The notes beneath the pieces are model-generated. The model was not told the DNA's origin. It made no database searches and saw only the letters and a program-made list of their open reading frames with translations. DNA of 64,000 nucleotides, from positions 96,001-160,000 of the forward strand of contig CAXXVD010000002.1 in assembly GCA_963662335.2 (NCBI GenBank), written 5' to 3'. Below, in pieces: positions 19,248 to 29,292 of the stretch. How positions within the stretch are numbered: position 1 is the stretch's first letter; each line of letters opens with the position of its first letter. The stretch comes from Chloroflexota bacterium (GTDB lineage: Bacteria; Chloroflexota; UBA11872; VXOZ01). Both the position numbers and the translations under genes were made by a program.

Positions 19248-20216
19248 ATGCAACTCGGTGTTTTGACGGTGCTCTTGGGCGACTTGCCCTTTGAAGAGGC
19301 GCTGGACTATCTGCGCGACCTGGGCGTGCAGTCGGTGGAGATCGGCTGCGGCAACTATCCGGGCAACGCCCATTGCGACCCGGACGCGCTGCTGCACGAC
19401 GACAAGGCCTGCGACGCCTTTCTCCACGCCGTAACCAGTCGCGACATGGAGATTTGCGCGTTGGCCGCCCACGGCAATCCGCTCCATCCCAACCCCAAGA
19501 TTGCGCGGGCGCACGCCGAGACCCAGCGCAAGGCCATTCAACTGGCGCACAAACTGGGCGTGGAGACGGTGGTCGGCTTCTCCGGCTGTCCGGGCGATTC
19601 CGACGGCTCCAAGTATCCCAACTGGGTCACGTGTCCCTGGCCGACGGACTATCTGGAGATTCTGGAGTGGCAGTGGGAGCGGAAGGTCATCCCCTACTGG
19701 AAGGAGGAGGCCGACTTCCTGCGGGAGCACAACGCCCGCATGGCGTTGGAGATGCACCCCGGCTTCGTGGTCTACAATTCCGAGACCTGCCTGCAACTGC
19801 GGGAGGCGTGCGGGCCCGAAATCGGCGCGAACCTGGATCCCAGCCACCTCTTCTGGCAGGGTTGCGACATCATCGCCGTCATCCGCGAGTTGGGCGAGGC
19901 CGGCGCGCTCTACCACTTCCACGCCAAAGACACGAAAGTCCACCCCTTGAACGCCGCCAAGCACGGCGTGCTGGACACTAAGTCCTACACCGATGAAGTC
20001 AACCGCTCCTGGCTCTTCCGCAGCGTGGGCTACGGCCACGACTACGGCTACTGGAAGGACATCGTGAGCGAACTGCGCCTGGTGGGCTACGACGGCGTGC
20101 TCTCCATCGAGCACGAGGACAGCCTGATGTCGTCCAACGAGGGCCTGGAAAAGGGCGTGAAGTTCCTGAAGGAAATACTCATCTTCGAGGTGCCGGGCAC
20201 GGCCTATTGGGCGTAA
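19248..20216 (+). CDS. sugar phosphate isomerase/epimerase (xylose-isomerase-like TIM barrel)
   Basis: 'ALEMHPG', 'NLDPSHL', 'HFHAKD', 'LSIEHED' metal ligands. Confidence 0.9.
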   Translation: MQLGVLTVLLGDLPFEEALDYLRDLGVQSVEIGCGNYPGNAHCDPDALLHDDKACDAFLHAVTSRDMEICALAAHGNPLHPNPKIARAHAETQRKAIQLAHKLGVETVVGFSGCPGDSDGSKYPNWVTCPWPTDYLEILEWQWERKVIPYWKEEADFLREHNARMALEMHPGFVVYNSETCLQLREACGPEIGANLDPSHLFWQGCDIIAVIRELGEAGALYHFHAKDTKVHPLNAAKHGVLDTKSYTDEVNRSWLFRSVGYGHDYGYWKDIVSELRLVGYDGVLSIEHEDSLMSSNEGLEKGVKFLKEILIFEVPGTAYWA

Positions 20217-20221
20217 GATTT

Positions 20222-20287
20222 CGGCCTATTCGGCGTAGGGGCACGGCCTATCGGGTATAATGGCACGGCCTACCGGGTGTAGGGGCA
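20222..20287. repeat. 3 x 22-bp tandem repeat running into a family A REP
   Basis: CGGCCTATTCGGCGTAGGGGCA / CGGCCTATCGGGTATAATGGCA / CGGCCTACCGGGTGTAGGGGCA. Confidence 0.75.
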
Positions 20288-20354
20288 CGACATGTCGTGC
20301 CCCTACACCCGATGCGCCAAACCCACGAATAGAATTGGAAACAGAGTCACTGCC

Positions 20355-21200
20355 ATGAACGATACACGCATGAACAACACAAGCTGCTCAACGGCGCTCT
20401 TCCGGGACCGCGAACTTGCCCCGGCGCTGGACGCCATCGTCGCGGCCGGCTTTCCCCAGGCCGAACTCAACATAAGAGAGCCTCACGTCTATTCAGCGGA
20501 CGCCGCTGAGGTGCGCCGCGTGCAAAGCGAGTTCGCGGCGCGTCCTCTGCGCCCGCGGACGATGCACGCGCCGTCGGGCCGCAGCATTCTAGGCGCGCTG
20601 GATGACGAGTGGCACAAGGAGAGCTTCGGCATCCTGAGCCAGTACGCGCGCATGGCCGGCAATCTCGGCCTGACCGAGATGGTGATTCATCCCATCCCCA
20701 ACCCGTCCCTCGTGCCTGACCCCGCTGATCCGGCGCTGGCCGGGCAACTCCGCGATGGGATCCGGCGCTCGCTGGACGCGCTGCTGCCCGTCACCGAGCC
20801 GGCCGGCGTGCGCATTACGGTGGAAAACCTGCCGTATCCGGATTATCCGTTGAACAACATTCAGGATCTGCGCGCGGTGGTGGAGCCGTATCCCGACACG
20901 GCGGTGGGACTCATCATCGACCTGGGGCACGTTGGGAAAGTCGGCCGCGATCCGGTCACGGATATCCGCGCCGCCGGCGACCGGCTCTGCGGCACGCACA
21001 TCCACGACCTGAACGCGCCCGGCGGCGTCGACCACCATTCGCCGGTCGTGAACACGTATGATTGGGCCGCCATCCGCCGGGCCTTCGCCGAGATCGGCTA
21101 CCAGGGCCCGTGGACGATGGAGGTCTCCCAGACCAGCCGGGATGAGAGCCTGGACGAGTTGGCTCAGGAAATCGCCGGCTGGCTTGGCGACTGGCTCTAG
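20355..21200 (+). CDS. sugar phosphate isomerase/epimerase family protein
   Basis: 'TVENLP', 'IDLGH', 'THIHD', 'WTMEV'. Confidence 0.85.
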   Translation: MNDTRMNNTSCSTALFRDRELAPALDAIVAAGFPQAELNIREPHVYSADAAEVRRVQSEFAARPLRPRTMHAPSGRSILGALDDEWHKESFGILSQYARMAGNLGLTEMVIHPIPNPSLVPDPADPALAGQLRDGIRRSLDALLPVTEPAGVRITVENLPYPDYPLNNIQDLRAVVEPYPDTAVGLIIDLGHVGKVGRDPVTDIRAAGDRLCGTHIHDLNAPGGVDHHSPVVNTYDWAAIRRAFAEIGYQGPWTMEVSQTSRDESLDELAQEIAGWLGDWL

Positions 21201-21316
21201 CGGCTGGGGGATGCCGTCCAATCTAGCGGCCGCGTCTTGCTGCTTGCGCCGCGATTACCGCGCTTGCAGGCACAACCGGGCGTTCCCGCCGCCGCGAGTC
21301 TGTCCCCCTTTGGTTG

Positions 21317-22036
21317 CTAGCGCCGCCGCCACATCGCTTCCAGCCGGTCTTGCGGCGTGAAGCCCAGCAGGCGCTTGTTCTTCTCGTTGCTGAAGCGTTG
21401 GTGGGGCAGGTCGGCGAAGATGTTGAAGACCTCGCAGCGGGAGGGGAGCGTCGCCAGGTCTACGCTGAGACCCAGGCGGATCGCCTCGGCGGCGTCGCGC
21501 CAGGAAATGGCAAACGGATGGTTCAGGCCCACCGTTGGCGCGTCGTGGTCTTGAAAGTCGTAGAAGAGGAAGCAGAGCACGTGCACGTCGTGGTTTTCCG
21601 TGAAGACCTTGCAGATCTCTTGCCCGAGCCCTTTGCTGAGGGCGTAGAGATACGTGCTGGGGTGCGGCGGCACGTCCGGGCCGATTTCGTAGTCGAACGC
21701 GGTGTAGCTGCGGCCGGCGATGGTGAAGTGCGGGCCGGTGTTGAGCACGCGCGGGATACCGTGGGCAACGGCCGCCCGCAGCATGTTGTAGCAGCCGCGC
21801 GCGTTCACGTCGAACGCCGCCTGCCCGTCCTCGCGCACCACGGTGCAGTTGACGATGGCGTCCATGCCTTCCGCCGCGCGGTGGACGTCGTCAGGGTCGG
21901 CGACGTCCACGCGCCGGTACTCGTGGGGCGTCTCGACCGGCGAAATATCGGTGACGCGCAGCGTGTGTTCGCCTTCCAGAGCGCGGATGACGTGCGGCCC
22001 CAAACGCGCCGCGCCGCCGAGGATCAAGACCCTCAT
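21317..22036 (-). CDS. NAD-dependent epimerase/dehydratase (uronate dehydrogenase-like)
   Basis: 'MRVLILGGAARLG' Rossmann start; 'YALSK' catalytic motif. Confidence 0.85.
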   Translation of the reverse strand: MRVLILGGAARLGPHVIRALEGEHTLRVTDISPVETPHEYRRVDVADPDDVHRAAEGMDAIVNCTVVREDGQAAFDVNARGCYNMLRAAVAHGIPRVLNTGPHFTIAGRSYTAFDYEIGPDVPPHPSTYLYALSKGLGQEICKVFTENHDVHVLCFLFYDFQDHDAPTVGLNHPFAISWRDAAEAIRLGLSVDLATLPSRCEVFNIFADLPHQRFSNEKNKRLLGFTPQDRLEAMWRRR

Positions 22037-22764
22037 GCCTCGCCTCCGCTTGAGCGGTCGGGCGCAAAGCCGAGCGCGTCCCGCGCCCTGGCGCTGCTGA
22101 ACCGCGCACCCGGAAACGCCGACTGCACGTGGTATATTGCCCAGGGTTCGGCCGGGGCCGCCAAAGCGCGTTCGAAGGCGTGCACGGCGTCCGTGTGCGC
22201 CAGCCAGGTTGGGTCGTCCGGCGGCGCGGCGCGCCCACCGGGTTGACCGACGTTCCCCAAGCGCAGGCACGTGACCGCGATGCGCCCTTCCCGCGCGAAT
22301 TCGCGGCAGACGAACTCGCCGAGATGCCGCGCCAGAACCGGCGGTTCCGTAGACGGCCGGGGCCGCCATCGTTCGTCGACGGCCCAATCCTCGCCGCAGC
22401 CGACTTCGTCGAAGATGTTCGCAAAGAGGCTGAGGCTGCTGGTGTAGACGCAGCGCGCGACCCCGGCCTCGCTGGCGGCGAGCAAGAGGTTGTAGGTGCA
22501 GCGGGTGTGGAAGTCGAGGAGCCGGTTCGCGGATTCTTCCGTTTCACTCGCGTAATCCGGCGGCGGTTCCGCCAGGTGGATGAGCGCGTCCACTCCGGCA
22601 ACCAGGTCAGCGGTCGCCGCATCATGTCCCAGTGCGCAGCGGGTGAACGGCCAGGGCAGGGCCACGTCCACCACATCCGTCAAGTGTACGCTATGGTCTG
22701 TGGAGAACGCCCGCGCCAGGTCTTGCGCCAAGGCGGAGGCGGCGGACGTTATCAGGATGTTCAC
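22033..22764 (-). CDS. NAD-dependent epimerase-like protein with degenerate motifs
   Basis: Same fold cues ('VDALIHLA', 'VYTSS') but no Gly-rich loop and no YxxxK; ATGA overlap with the downstream paralog. Confidence 0.7.
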   Translation of the reverse strand: MNILITSAASALAQDLARAFSTDHSVHLTDVVDVALPWPFTRCALGHDAATADLVAGVDALIHLAEPPPDYASETEESANRLLDFHTRCTYNLLLAASEAGVARCVYTSSLSLFANIFDEVGCGEDWAVDERWRPRPSTEPPVLARHLGEFVCREFAREGRIAVTCLRLGNVGQPGGRAAPPDDPTWLAHTDAVHAFERALAAPAEPWAIYHVQSAFPGARFSSARARDALGFAPDRSSGGEA

Positions 22765-22815
22765 TCAGGAGGCTCCTCTTCCTCTTGTCCCTCACCCCGG
22801 CCCTCTCCCCCAGGG

Positions 22816-23267
22816 ACGCTTGATGCAGATTAGTTTAGCCATTGAAGAGCGTGGCCAATGCCAGCGGTGGACGCCCGAGGTACCGGTTCACCCAGATACC
22901 CAGGTTGAGGGCAGCCGGTTTAGCGGCCACATGACCACGACACCGGCGCAGCAGGCGCGGAAAGTAGCGGCGCCAGTGTGCCGTCGCATACCGCAGGAAC
23001 GCACGCTCAGACCTGCCAAACCACTGGCAACTGAGCGCCAGTGTCGGCGCCTCGCTGACAGACATCGCCGGCCGCTTGCCCGGACGTTAGGGCTTGGTGG
23101 GGGCAAAGTGCTGCTCATACTAATCGTCCACGATGGTGCACACTGTCACGAGGCAGGTGTGGAGGTCTACGGTCATGGCCAGCCTCCTGCCGTTTGCATA
23201 GGGTTCACGGCTAGCTTACACCATCCTCGACACCTTTCTTCCCCTGTCCCTAATTTGCATCAAACGT
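22816..23267 (-). mobile_element. internally deleted IS982-family element
   Basis: TIRs ACGCTTGATGCAGATTAG / ACGTTTGATGCAAATTAG (16 of 18 match); 8-bp TSD CCCCAGGG (22808-22815, 23268-23275); pseudo-transposase from 23176 'MTVDLHTCLVTVCTIVDD*...RSERAFLRYA..HWRRYFPRLL' fused to a C-terminal 'AALNLGIWVN'. Confidence 0.85.
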
Positions 23268-23302
23268 CCCCAGGGAAAGGGAGCGATTTCGTTTGTCGGC
23301 TT

Positions 23303-23321
23303 GAGTTTTTGCAAAGGTCTC
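23303..23321 (-). mobile_element. isolated IS5-like terminal repeat
   Basis: Reverse complement GAGACCTTTGCAAAAACTC resembles IS5-group ends; no partner end found. Confidence 0.35.
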
Positions 23322-23490
23322 CTCAGGGATTTGTAGACTTCTGGAGTAGCGCGGGGGCTTGTCCCCCGCTCCGGTCACCGTGCGCCCGCGCGGAGAAGAC
23401 GGATTCCGCGCCCCCTCATGGAGGCGAACTTTCGCGGAAATGACGGAGTCTTGGCATCTCCGCCGCCCGCCAGCATAACGGTGGCAACGG

Positions 23491-25368
23491 CTACTCGCCG
23501 GCTGATTCCACCTGCTCGAAAACCGCCGCCAGTTCCGCCGGCGTGTGGGCGCGCGCCGCCTCAGCATCGCCGCTAGAGACGATTGCCGTTGGTGCGGCGT
23601 CGATTGCCGCGATACCGAGCGCCGCCAGCAGGTCCGCGTCGCTTGCCGGGTCGAGCCACTGGGTGACCTGCGCCGGCGTGTGGACGCGCAGCGCCTGCCG
23701 GAAGAGTTCCCGCGCCTGCGGAGCGTCGCGCGCGCCGACCACCACGATGCGCGTAGGCGGCCGCAGGAGGCGGTCGACCGCCTGGCCGTAGAGCGCGCCA
23801 AAGTGCCCAAAGTAGCGGAACGACTCCGCGTAGTTTGCCAGCGCGGTCTCGGCCACGGCGTGGTACCGCCCGTTGCCGGTGAGCCGCCACAGGCGGATCA
23901 AGAGTTCGGCCGCCGCCGCCGTGTCCGCCAATACCTCCTGGCGGTGGGCCAGCAAGCCCAACGGGGACTGGGAACCGCCGCGCTCCGCCGCCGCGCCCGC
24001 CTCCCCGCCGGCGGACTGCGCGGAGTCGGCGTTGTGCGTTGCGGTATCCCAGAAGCCGCCGCTGGCGGGATCGTGATGCGCCCGCAGGATATGCGTGCCG
24101 ATCGTCTGCGCCCGGTCCAGGTATTCGCGTGCGCCGGTGGCCTCGTAAGCGTGCCCAAAGGCGCGTGCAACCGCGATCTGGTCCGGCAGCCAGCCCCAGC
24201 CGTACGCGCCGCCGTCCCAATTGCGCGCCATGCCGCGCTGCGGATCCCACATTTCTTGCCACATGTGTGCCAGTAGCCGGATTGCGTGGTCGCAATACGT
24301 CTCATCCTCCGTCGTGCGGAAAGCGTCCAGGAAAGCCTGCGCCGCCAGCGCGTTTTCCCTGGCGTGGATAATCGGATCAACGCAGGTCTCGCCGTAGGCG
24401 CGCCGTTGCGCGGCCGGCAGGTGATAGTACGCATCCGGCGCAAAGAATCCGCCGTAGTACGCGCCGGTAGCCGGGTCGCGCAACCGCTCAACCAGATACC
24501 GCAGCACGCGCGCCCCGGTCTGCTTGAAGGCCTCCTCGCGAAAGACGTGCGCCGCTTCCATATAGAGGGAAACCAGCGCCGCGTTCTCTTCCAGCATGAC
24601 CTCGCGCTCCGGGTTCTCCCACTGCGCGTCGTTGGCAAAGCGAAAGAACACGCCGTCCTCGCGGTCGAAGAGGTTGCTCAGCGCCATGATGTCCAGCGAG
24701 TGCTTGACCAAGGCGGCCAGATCGTAGTCCAGGGTATGCTGGCACCACTCCAGCGCGAAGCCCAGCGCCTCGGTGTGGGTGAACTTGGGCGCTTCCCCCA
24801 GGCCGCCGTTCACCTGATCGAACGCGGCGGTGATGAAAGCGACAACCTCTGCCGGAATCGCCGGCGTCGGCACGCCGTCCGCGGCCCGTTCCGCCGCCTC
24901 CGCCGCGCGCCGTTTCTCCTCCAGCGCGCCCAGTTTCGCGCGGATTGTGTCGCGGTTCCGGCGGTACTCATCCGCCAGTTCCACCAGAAAGTCGCGCATC
25001 TCCTGGGGCGGGATGTACGTCGCGCCGGCCATCAATTCGCCTTCCGGCGTCAGGAAGGCCGTGGTGGGCAGGCCGCCGCGATTGTAGCGCCGGTCCACGT
25101 CGGGCCGCGCGGCGGCGTCCACCCGCACCGGCACGTATTCGGTCTTGATGAGAAACTGCACCGTGTCGTCGGAATACGCCTGCTCGTCCATCAGGTGCGA
25201 CCACCGGCTCCAGGCCGCGGTGATGCAGAGCAGGATGGGCCGGTTGCGCGCCCGCGCCTCGGCGAACGCCGCCGCCGACCACGCGCGCCACGGGATGCGC
25301 CCCGCGCTATGCGGGCGCGGCGAAAAACGGAACTCTTCATGCTGCGCTGTTTCAGAAACCGGCTTCAT
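23491..25368 (-). CDS. DUF255/YyaL (SPATA20-like) thioredoxin plus six-hairpin domain protein
   Basis: 'IPWRAWSAAAFAEARARNRPILL', 'VRVDAAARPDVDRRY..GGLPTTAFLTPEG', 'APKF'; start uncertain (25368-25407). Confidence 0.85.
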   Translation of the reverse strand: MKPVSETAQHEEFRFSPRPHSAGRIPWRAWSAAAFAEARARNRPILLCITAAWSRWSHLMDEQAYSDDTVQFLIKTEYVPVRVDAAARPDVDRRYNRGGLPTTAFLTPEGELMAGATYIPPQEMRDFLVELADEYRRNRDTIRAKLGALEEKRRAAEAAERAADGVPTPAIPAEVVAFITAAFDQVNGGLGEAPKFTHTEALGFALEWCQHTLDYDLAALVKHSLDIMALSNLFDREDGVFFRFANDAQWENPEREVMLEENAALVSLYMEAAHVFREEAFKQTGARVLRYLVERLRDPATGAYYGGFFAPDAYYHLPAAQRRAYGETCVDPIIHARENALAAQAFLDAFRTTEDETYCDHAIRLLAHMWQEMWDPQRGMARNWDGGAYGWGWLPDQIAVARAFGHAYEATGAREYLDRAQTIGTHILRAHHDPASGGFWDTATHNADSAQSAGGEAGAAAERGGSQSPLGLLAHRQEVLADTAAAAELLIRLWRLTGNGRYHAVAETALANYAESFRYFGHFGALYGQAVDRLLRPPTRIVVVGARDAPQARELFRQALRVHTPAQVTQWLDPASDADLLAALGIAAIDAAPTAIVSSGDAEAARAHTPAELAAVFEQVESAGE

Positions 25369-25456
25369 CGCGTGCTCGCTGGCGTAAATCGCACTCTTGC
25401 TACGCACTCATTATACCGAGAGGCAGCCGCATCATCGTAGCGCGGGGGCTTGTCCT

Positions 25457-25650
25457 CAATGCTGTCGCATTAAACATAATGAGAAACTACACCGTGCCTG
25501 ATTCCTCTGGTAGCGCAGGTTTGCAACCTGCGACGTGGTAGGGTCAAGATGTGGCATCGTCTGCCGGCGGGAAACTTGAGGCGATCGCCCGCCGTGCCTT
25601 GCACACCTGCGGGGGACAAGCCCCCGCGTTACGTTAATGCGACAACATTG
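25457..25650. mobile_element. 194-bp MITE with IS4-like ends, inserted in a family B REP
   Basis: TIR CAATGCTGTCGCATTAA / TTAATGCGACAACATTG (16 of 17 match); flanks GGGCTTGTCCT / GCGCTTGTCCC (imperfect 11-bp TSD). Confidence 0.7.
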
Positions 25651-25888
25651 GCGCTTGTCCCCCGCCTGCCGGCAAAGAGCGCGCCTTTCGCTATGGCAGA
25701 GGCAGTCACATCGATGGGGAAGCCCATTCCAAGGATATCTCTACCCTGCATGTCGAAAGGCGTAGGGGCACGACATGTCGTGCCCCTACGCCGCCACGCT
25801 AAGGCGTCGGCGCATGGTGCGCGCACGCCCAGAGCAGCGCGCATTCATACCAGCGCCCCGAATCATCATGTTAGGCAACGCCTCGCCC

Positions 25889-25965
25889 TGTCATTCTGAG
25901 GAGCGCAGCGACGAAGAATCTAGCGCCGATTGCGCTCCAGATTCCTCGCTGCGCTCGGAATGACA
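25889..25965. repeat. REP-like palindrome family C (TGTCATTCCGAGCGCAGCGAGGAATCT...AGATTCCTCGCTGCGCTCGGAATGACA)
   Basis: Other copies at 33671-33770, 39176-39200 (half), 39811-39904, 43732-43808, 55876-55976. Confidence 0.9.
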
Positions 25966-26228
25966 ATAGATGCAGCCCCACAGGGCCAACACTTCCGTGC
26001 CCAGCCATCCTACAGTTGACAAAGCTACCGCAGTGCACTAACAATAGGGTAGCGTAGCAGCCTGACCGTGTTGCGGCGAGAGTTTTCGGTACTGGTTGTA
26101 TATCCGCCGCGTGCAGAGGAGGTGCAGGACACGGGGGAATCGGGCCTACCCAAGCCAAGCCGCGTTCCTCTAGAGAGAGGAATGCGCATGTGTGCGAACC
26201 GTAGTGGCATTGTGTATCAAGGAGAGAG

Positions 26229-27623
26229 ATGACAATGCGAACCCGTTTTACCAGACGGACGATTCTGGGCGGCATGGGCGTCGGGATTGGCGCCGCGTTT
26301 GCGGCCGCCTGCGGCGCGGGCGCGGGCATGGCCCCGGCCGGGGACACGCCGGCGGAGTCCGACGGCGACGGCGAAGCCGCGGAGCCCATGATGGAAAAGC
26401 AGAAGGTGCTCTACTGGTCCCACTCCACCCAGCCCTTCCATGAGGACATTGGCGCCGAGATGGTCGCCGAGTTCAACGAGTCGCAGGACGGCGTCGAGGT
26501 CTTTGCCGTCGGCACCGCCTACGGCGACACCAAGAACAAGCTCCCCACCGTGGTCGCGGCGGGCAGCGCGCCGGACATCTCGTTCCTCGACCGCTACATC
26601 ACCAAGAGCCACGCCGCCGTGGGCGCCACCATGGACATTACCCCGTTCGTGAAGGCTTCCAGCGTGATGCAGCCGGACGACGTCTGGGACCGCATCCTGA
26701 ACGACGTGACCTACAAGGGCCGCCACTTTGGCTGGCCGTGGGGCCCGGACACCCGCACGCTCTTCCTGAACCACGACGTGCTGATCGAAGTCGGCATCGA
26801 TCCGGAAGAGCCGATTGGGGACTGGGAAGACTTCCATAACGCGTCGAGCAAGATTCACACGCTGGAAGGCGAGAACATCACCCGCCTGGGCTTTGTGCCC
26901 AACTGGGGCAGCGCCGGCATCATTGCCGGTTGGATGATTCCCTACTGGCAGCAGGGTATGACTCTCACCAGCGCAGACGAGACCAAGGCCACCATGGACA
27001 ATGCGGAGATGGCCGCGGCGCTGGAGCACAGCACCCGCTTCTACGACGCGCAGGGCGGCTGGGACGCCGTGCAGGCGTTCCGCGGCGATTTGTCGCCGGC
27101 GCTCGTGTTTACCGGCGGCGGCGTGGGCATGTTCTTCGATACCTACAGCACGCCGCGCAATACGGCGTTCGCCGAGGAATACGCCAAGATCGACTACAGC
27201 GTCGTCTTCGAGCCGTATCCTGACGATGGCCAACCCGCGACCTACGGCGGCGGCTGGTCCAACGTCATTCCCACCGGCGCCAAGTCGGCGGAGGGCGCGT
27301 TCCAGTTCCTCGAGTTCCTCTTCATGGAGCCGCAGGACCGCCGCTGGGCCGATCGCTGGAACCGCATTCCGGTGCGGAAGTCCGTCGGCCGCAGCGAGGA
27401 GTTCATCCAGGGTGACGCCGACCGCGCCCACGCCATCGACGAGATGCCGGGCGCGCACTGGGTGGTCACCGCCGCCGGCGGCCCCGACATCCTCGGCGCC
27501 CACATCCAGCTCAGCCGGGACGCCTGGCAGCACCTGAAGACCATCCCCGAGGCCATGAAAGAGGCCGAGGCCAAGACCCAGCAACTGCTGGACGAGTGGG
27601 AAGCCAACTCGGTCGTGCAGTAG
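26229..27623 (+). CDS. ABC transporter extracellular solute-binding lipoprotein (family 1), Tat-exported
   Basis: 'TRRTIL' twin-Arg, lipobox AAAC, 'AAGSAPDI', 'LFLNHDVL'. Confidence 0.88.
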   Translation: MTMRTRFTRRTILGGMGVGIGAAFAAACGAGAGMAPAGDTPAESDGDGEAAEPMMEKQKVLYWSHSTQPFHEDIGAEMVAEFNESQDGVEVFAVGTAYGDTKNKLPTVVAAGSAPDISFLDRYITKSHAAVGATMDITPFVKASSVMQPDDVWDRILNDVTYKGRHFGWPWGPDTRTLFLNHDVLIEVGIDPEEPIGDWEDFHNASSKIHTLEGENITRLGFVPNWGSAGIIAGWMIPYWQQGMTLTSADETKATMDNAEMAAALEHSTRFYDAQGGWDAVQAFRGDLSPALVFTGGGVGMFFDTYSTPRNTAFAEEYAKIDYSVVFEPYPDDGQPATYGGGWSNVIPTGAKSAEGAFQFLEFLFMEPQDRRWADRWNRIPVRKSVGRSEEFIQGDADRAHAIDEMPGAHWVVTAAGGPDILGAHIQLSRDAWQHLKTIPEAMKEAEAKTQQLLDEWEANSVVQ

Positions 27624-27678
27624 GGACTGGCTGTCTTACAGACGGTAACGGTTCTCATTTGGGACTGGTCTGGAAAGT

Positions 27679-27713
27679 GAAGAGGGTGGCGCCAATTTGG
27701 CGCCACCCTCTTC
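27679..27713 (+). terminator. intrinsic terminator-like hairpin
   Basis: GAAGAGGGTGGCGCCAA-T-TTGGCGCCACCCTCTTC, followed by TTGTT. Confidence 0.65.
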
Positions 27714-27959
27714 TTGTTCGTCCACCCAAGCACGACGTGGCAACGGCACAAAGCCGAATTCACCGGGACAATGAGGGCAATTGCACTCCGTCACTCCGGC
27801 GAAAGCCGGAGTCTAGGGTAGCGCGAGAAGATGGATTCCCTAGACTCCCTACTTTAGGTTGACGGCAACCTGGTCACACAAGTGGAGAGCCGTGAAGACG
27901 ACTGAGGGCGTAACCCACGAACCGGAAGAGGCCTGTCCCCTGGGGCTGCGCTCGCCTAC

Positions 27960-28088
27960 ATGAGCGAGCAGTCCGACGCGCCCGAGGCCGGTGAGATTTC
28001 GCTGCGGCTGCTGCGGCACTTCGCGTCCGGCGTGCGCCACCGCAAGTATCAGGGCATCGACATCGTTACGGTCGAGGCGCCGCGCTAG
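27960..28088 (+). other. 42-codon ORF, possible gene-end remnant
   Basis: MSEQSDAPEAGEISLRLLRHFASGVRHRKYQGIDIVTVEAPR; codon usage looks coding; flanked by REPs. Confidence 0.3.
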
Positions 28089-28160
28089 CGTAGGGGGGAG
28101 GCGCGGCCGCTGCAAGATCTCAGGCGGGGGACGAGCCCCCGCGCTACTCGAAGTCACACG

Positions 28161-28331
28161 CCGTTCGGCCTGAGCGACGTCGAAGGGTGATTAGCGTGGA
28201 GAACGAAGTAGGAGTTACACGCTCCCCGCCGTTCATGCTTCGACAAGGGCTTCGCGCAGCCCTCAGCACGAACGGGAGGGAATCGGGCGCGACAGACCCG
28301 TTCGCCCTGAGCGCCGTCGAAGGGTGAACGG
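28161..28331. repeat. REP-like family D cluster (CGTTCGCCCTGAGC.TGTCGAAGGG)
   Basis: Three alternating copies here; related copies in 32455-32791, 41415-41441, 42708-42739 and 55941-55961. Confidence 0.8.
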
Positions 28332-28415
28332 CGTGGGGAATGAAGTAGAAGTTGCGGCGCTCTTCTCAGGCGGGGGACGAGCCCCCGCGCTACGTTAGTG
28401 CGGCAACGCCCAGGC

Positions 28416-28847
28416 TCAGACCCCGGTGCTGCCGAAGCCGCCGCGGTCGTCGCCCGTGAAGCGCGCCACCTCTTCCCACGTCACGCGCGGCGCGGGCACG
28501 AGCAGCGCCTGGGCGATCCGCTCGCCGCGTTCCACCGTCACGGGCGCGGCGGTGACGTTATGGAAGAGCGCCTGGATCTCGTCGCCGTCGCCGCAGTAGT
28601 CCTGGTCGATGACGCCGACGCCGTTTGCTTTCAGCAGTCCCTTGCGCACGGGGGTGCTGCTGCGGCTGACGACCAGCAGCGCGTAGCCCGGCGGCACCTC
28701 GATGACCACGTTGCACGGCACGCGGACGGTCTCTCGCGGCCCAATCGTCACCGCATTGCGGGCGCAGAGATCAAAGGCCACCGCGCCGCCGGTGGCGTAG
28801 CGGGGCAGGGGCAGCGTGGGATCGATGCGTTTGATGCGCACGTTCAT
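28416..28847 (-). CDS. dut: dUTP diphosphatase
   Basis: 'AFDL', 'SRSS', 'GVIDQDYCG', 'RIAQ', 'RGGFGSTG'. Confidence 0.95.
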   Translation of the reverse strand: MNVRIKRIDPTLPLPRYATGGAVAFDLCARNAVTIGPRETVRVPCNVVIEVPPGYALLVVSRSSTPVRKGLLKANGVGVIDQDYCGDGDEIQALFHNVTAAPVTVERGERIAQALLVPAPRVTWEEVARFTGDDRGGFGSTGV

Positions 28848-28863
28848 AGGAAGGATGGCGTCT

Positions 28864-29292
28864 TTAGGCAAACGAGCGTTTGAGCAGCGCCAGCCATTGC
28901 AGGAAATAGCCCCACTCCGCATCGTAGGGAGTGGCCGCGAGCGAGCGGTCTTGGGATGAGACGCCCTTCCGGCCCGGCGCGCTCGCCGCGCGGACGCCGT
29001 CCAGCGGCAGCAAGAGCAGCGCTTCCCCGGGTTCCACCAGCCCCAGGCGTTCTTTGGCCACGGTACGGACGTAAGACTCCGTGCCCCGGCGGGCCAACTC
29101 CTGCTGTAGGGCGGCGTTCTCCGCTTCCCGCTCCGCCAGGCGCTGCTCCAGCACCAGTACGCGCTGGTTGACCTCGTAGCTATTGAGCACGCGCGCCGGA
29201 AAGCCGGTGAGCGTGATGGCAATGACCAGTCCCGCGAGCAGGAGCACAAATCGCGTCACGCGCGCCGGTATCCGGTCGTCAGGGATGCGCAT
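28864..29292 (-). CDS. septum formation initiator (DivIC/FtsB family)
   Basis: One TM, a coiled coil, then 'YVRTVAKERLGLVEPGE'. Confidence 0.8.
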   Translation of the reverse strand: MRIPDDRIPARVTRFVLLLAGLVIAITLTGFPARVLNSYEVNQRVLVLEQRLAEREAENAALQQELARRGTESYVRTVAKERLGLVEPGEALLLLPLDGVRAASAPGRKGVSSQDRSLAATPYDAEWGYFLQWLALLKRSFA

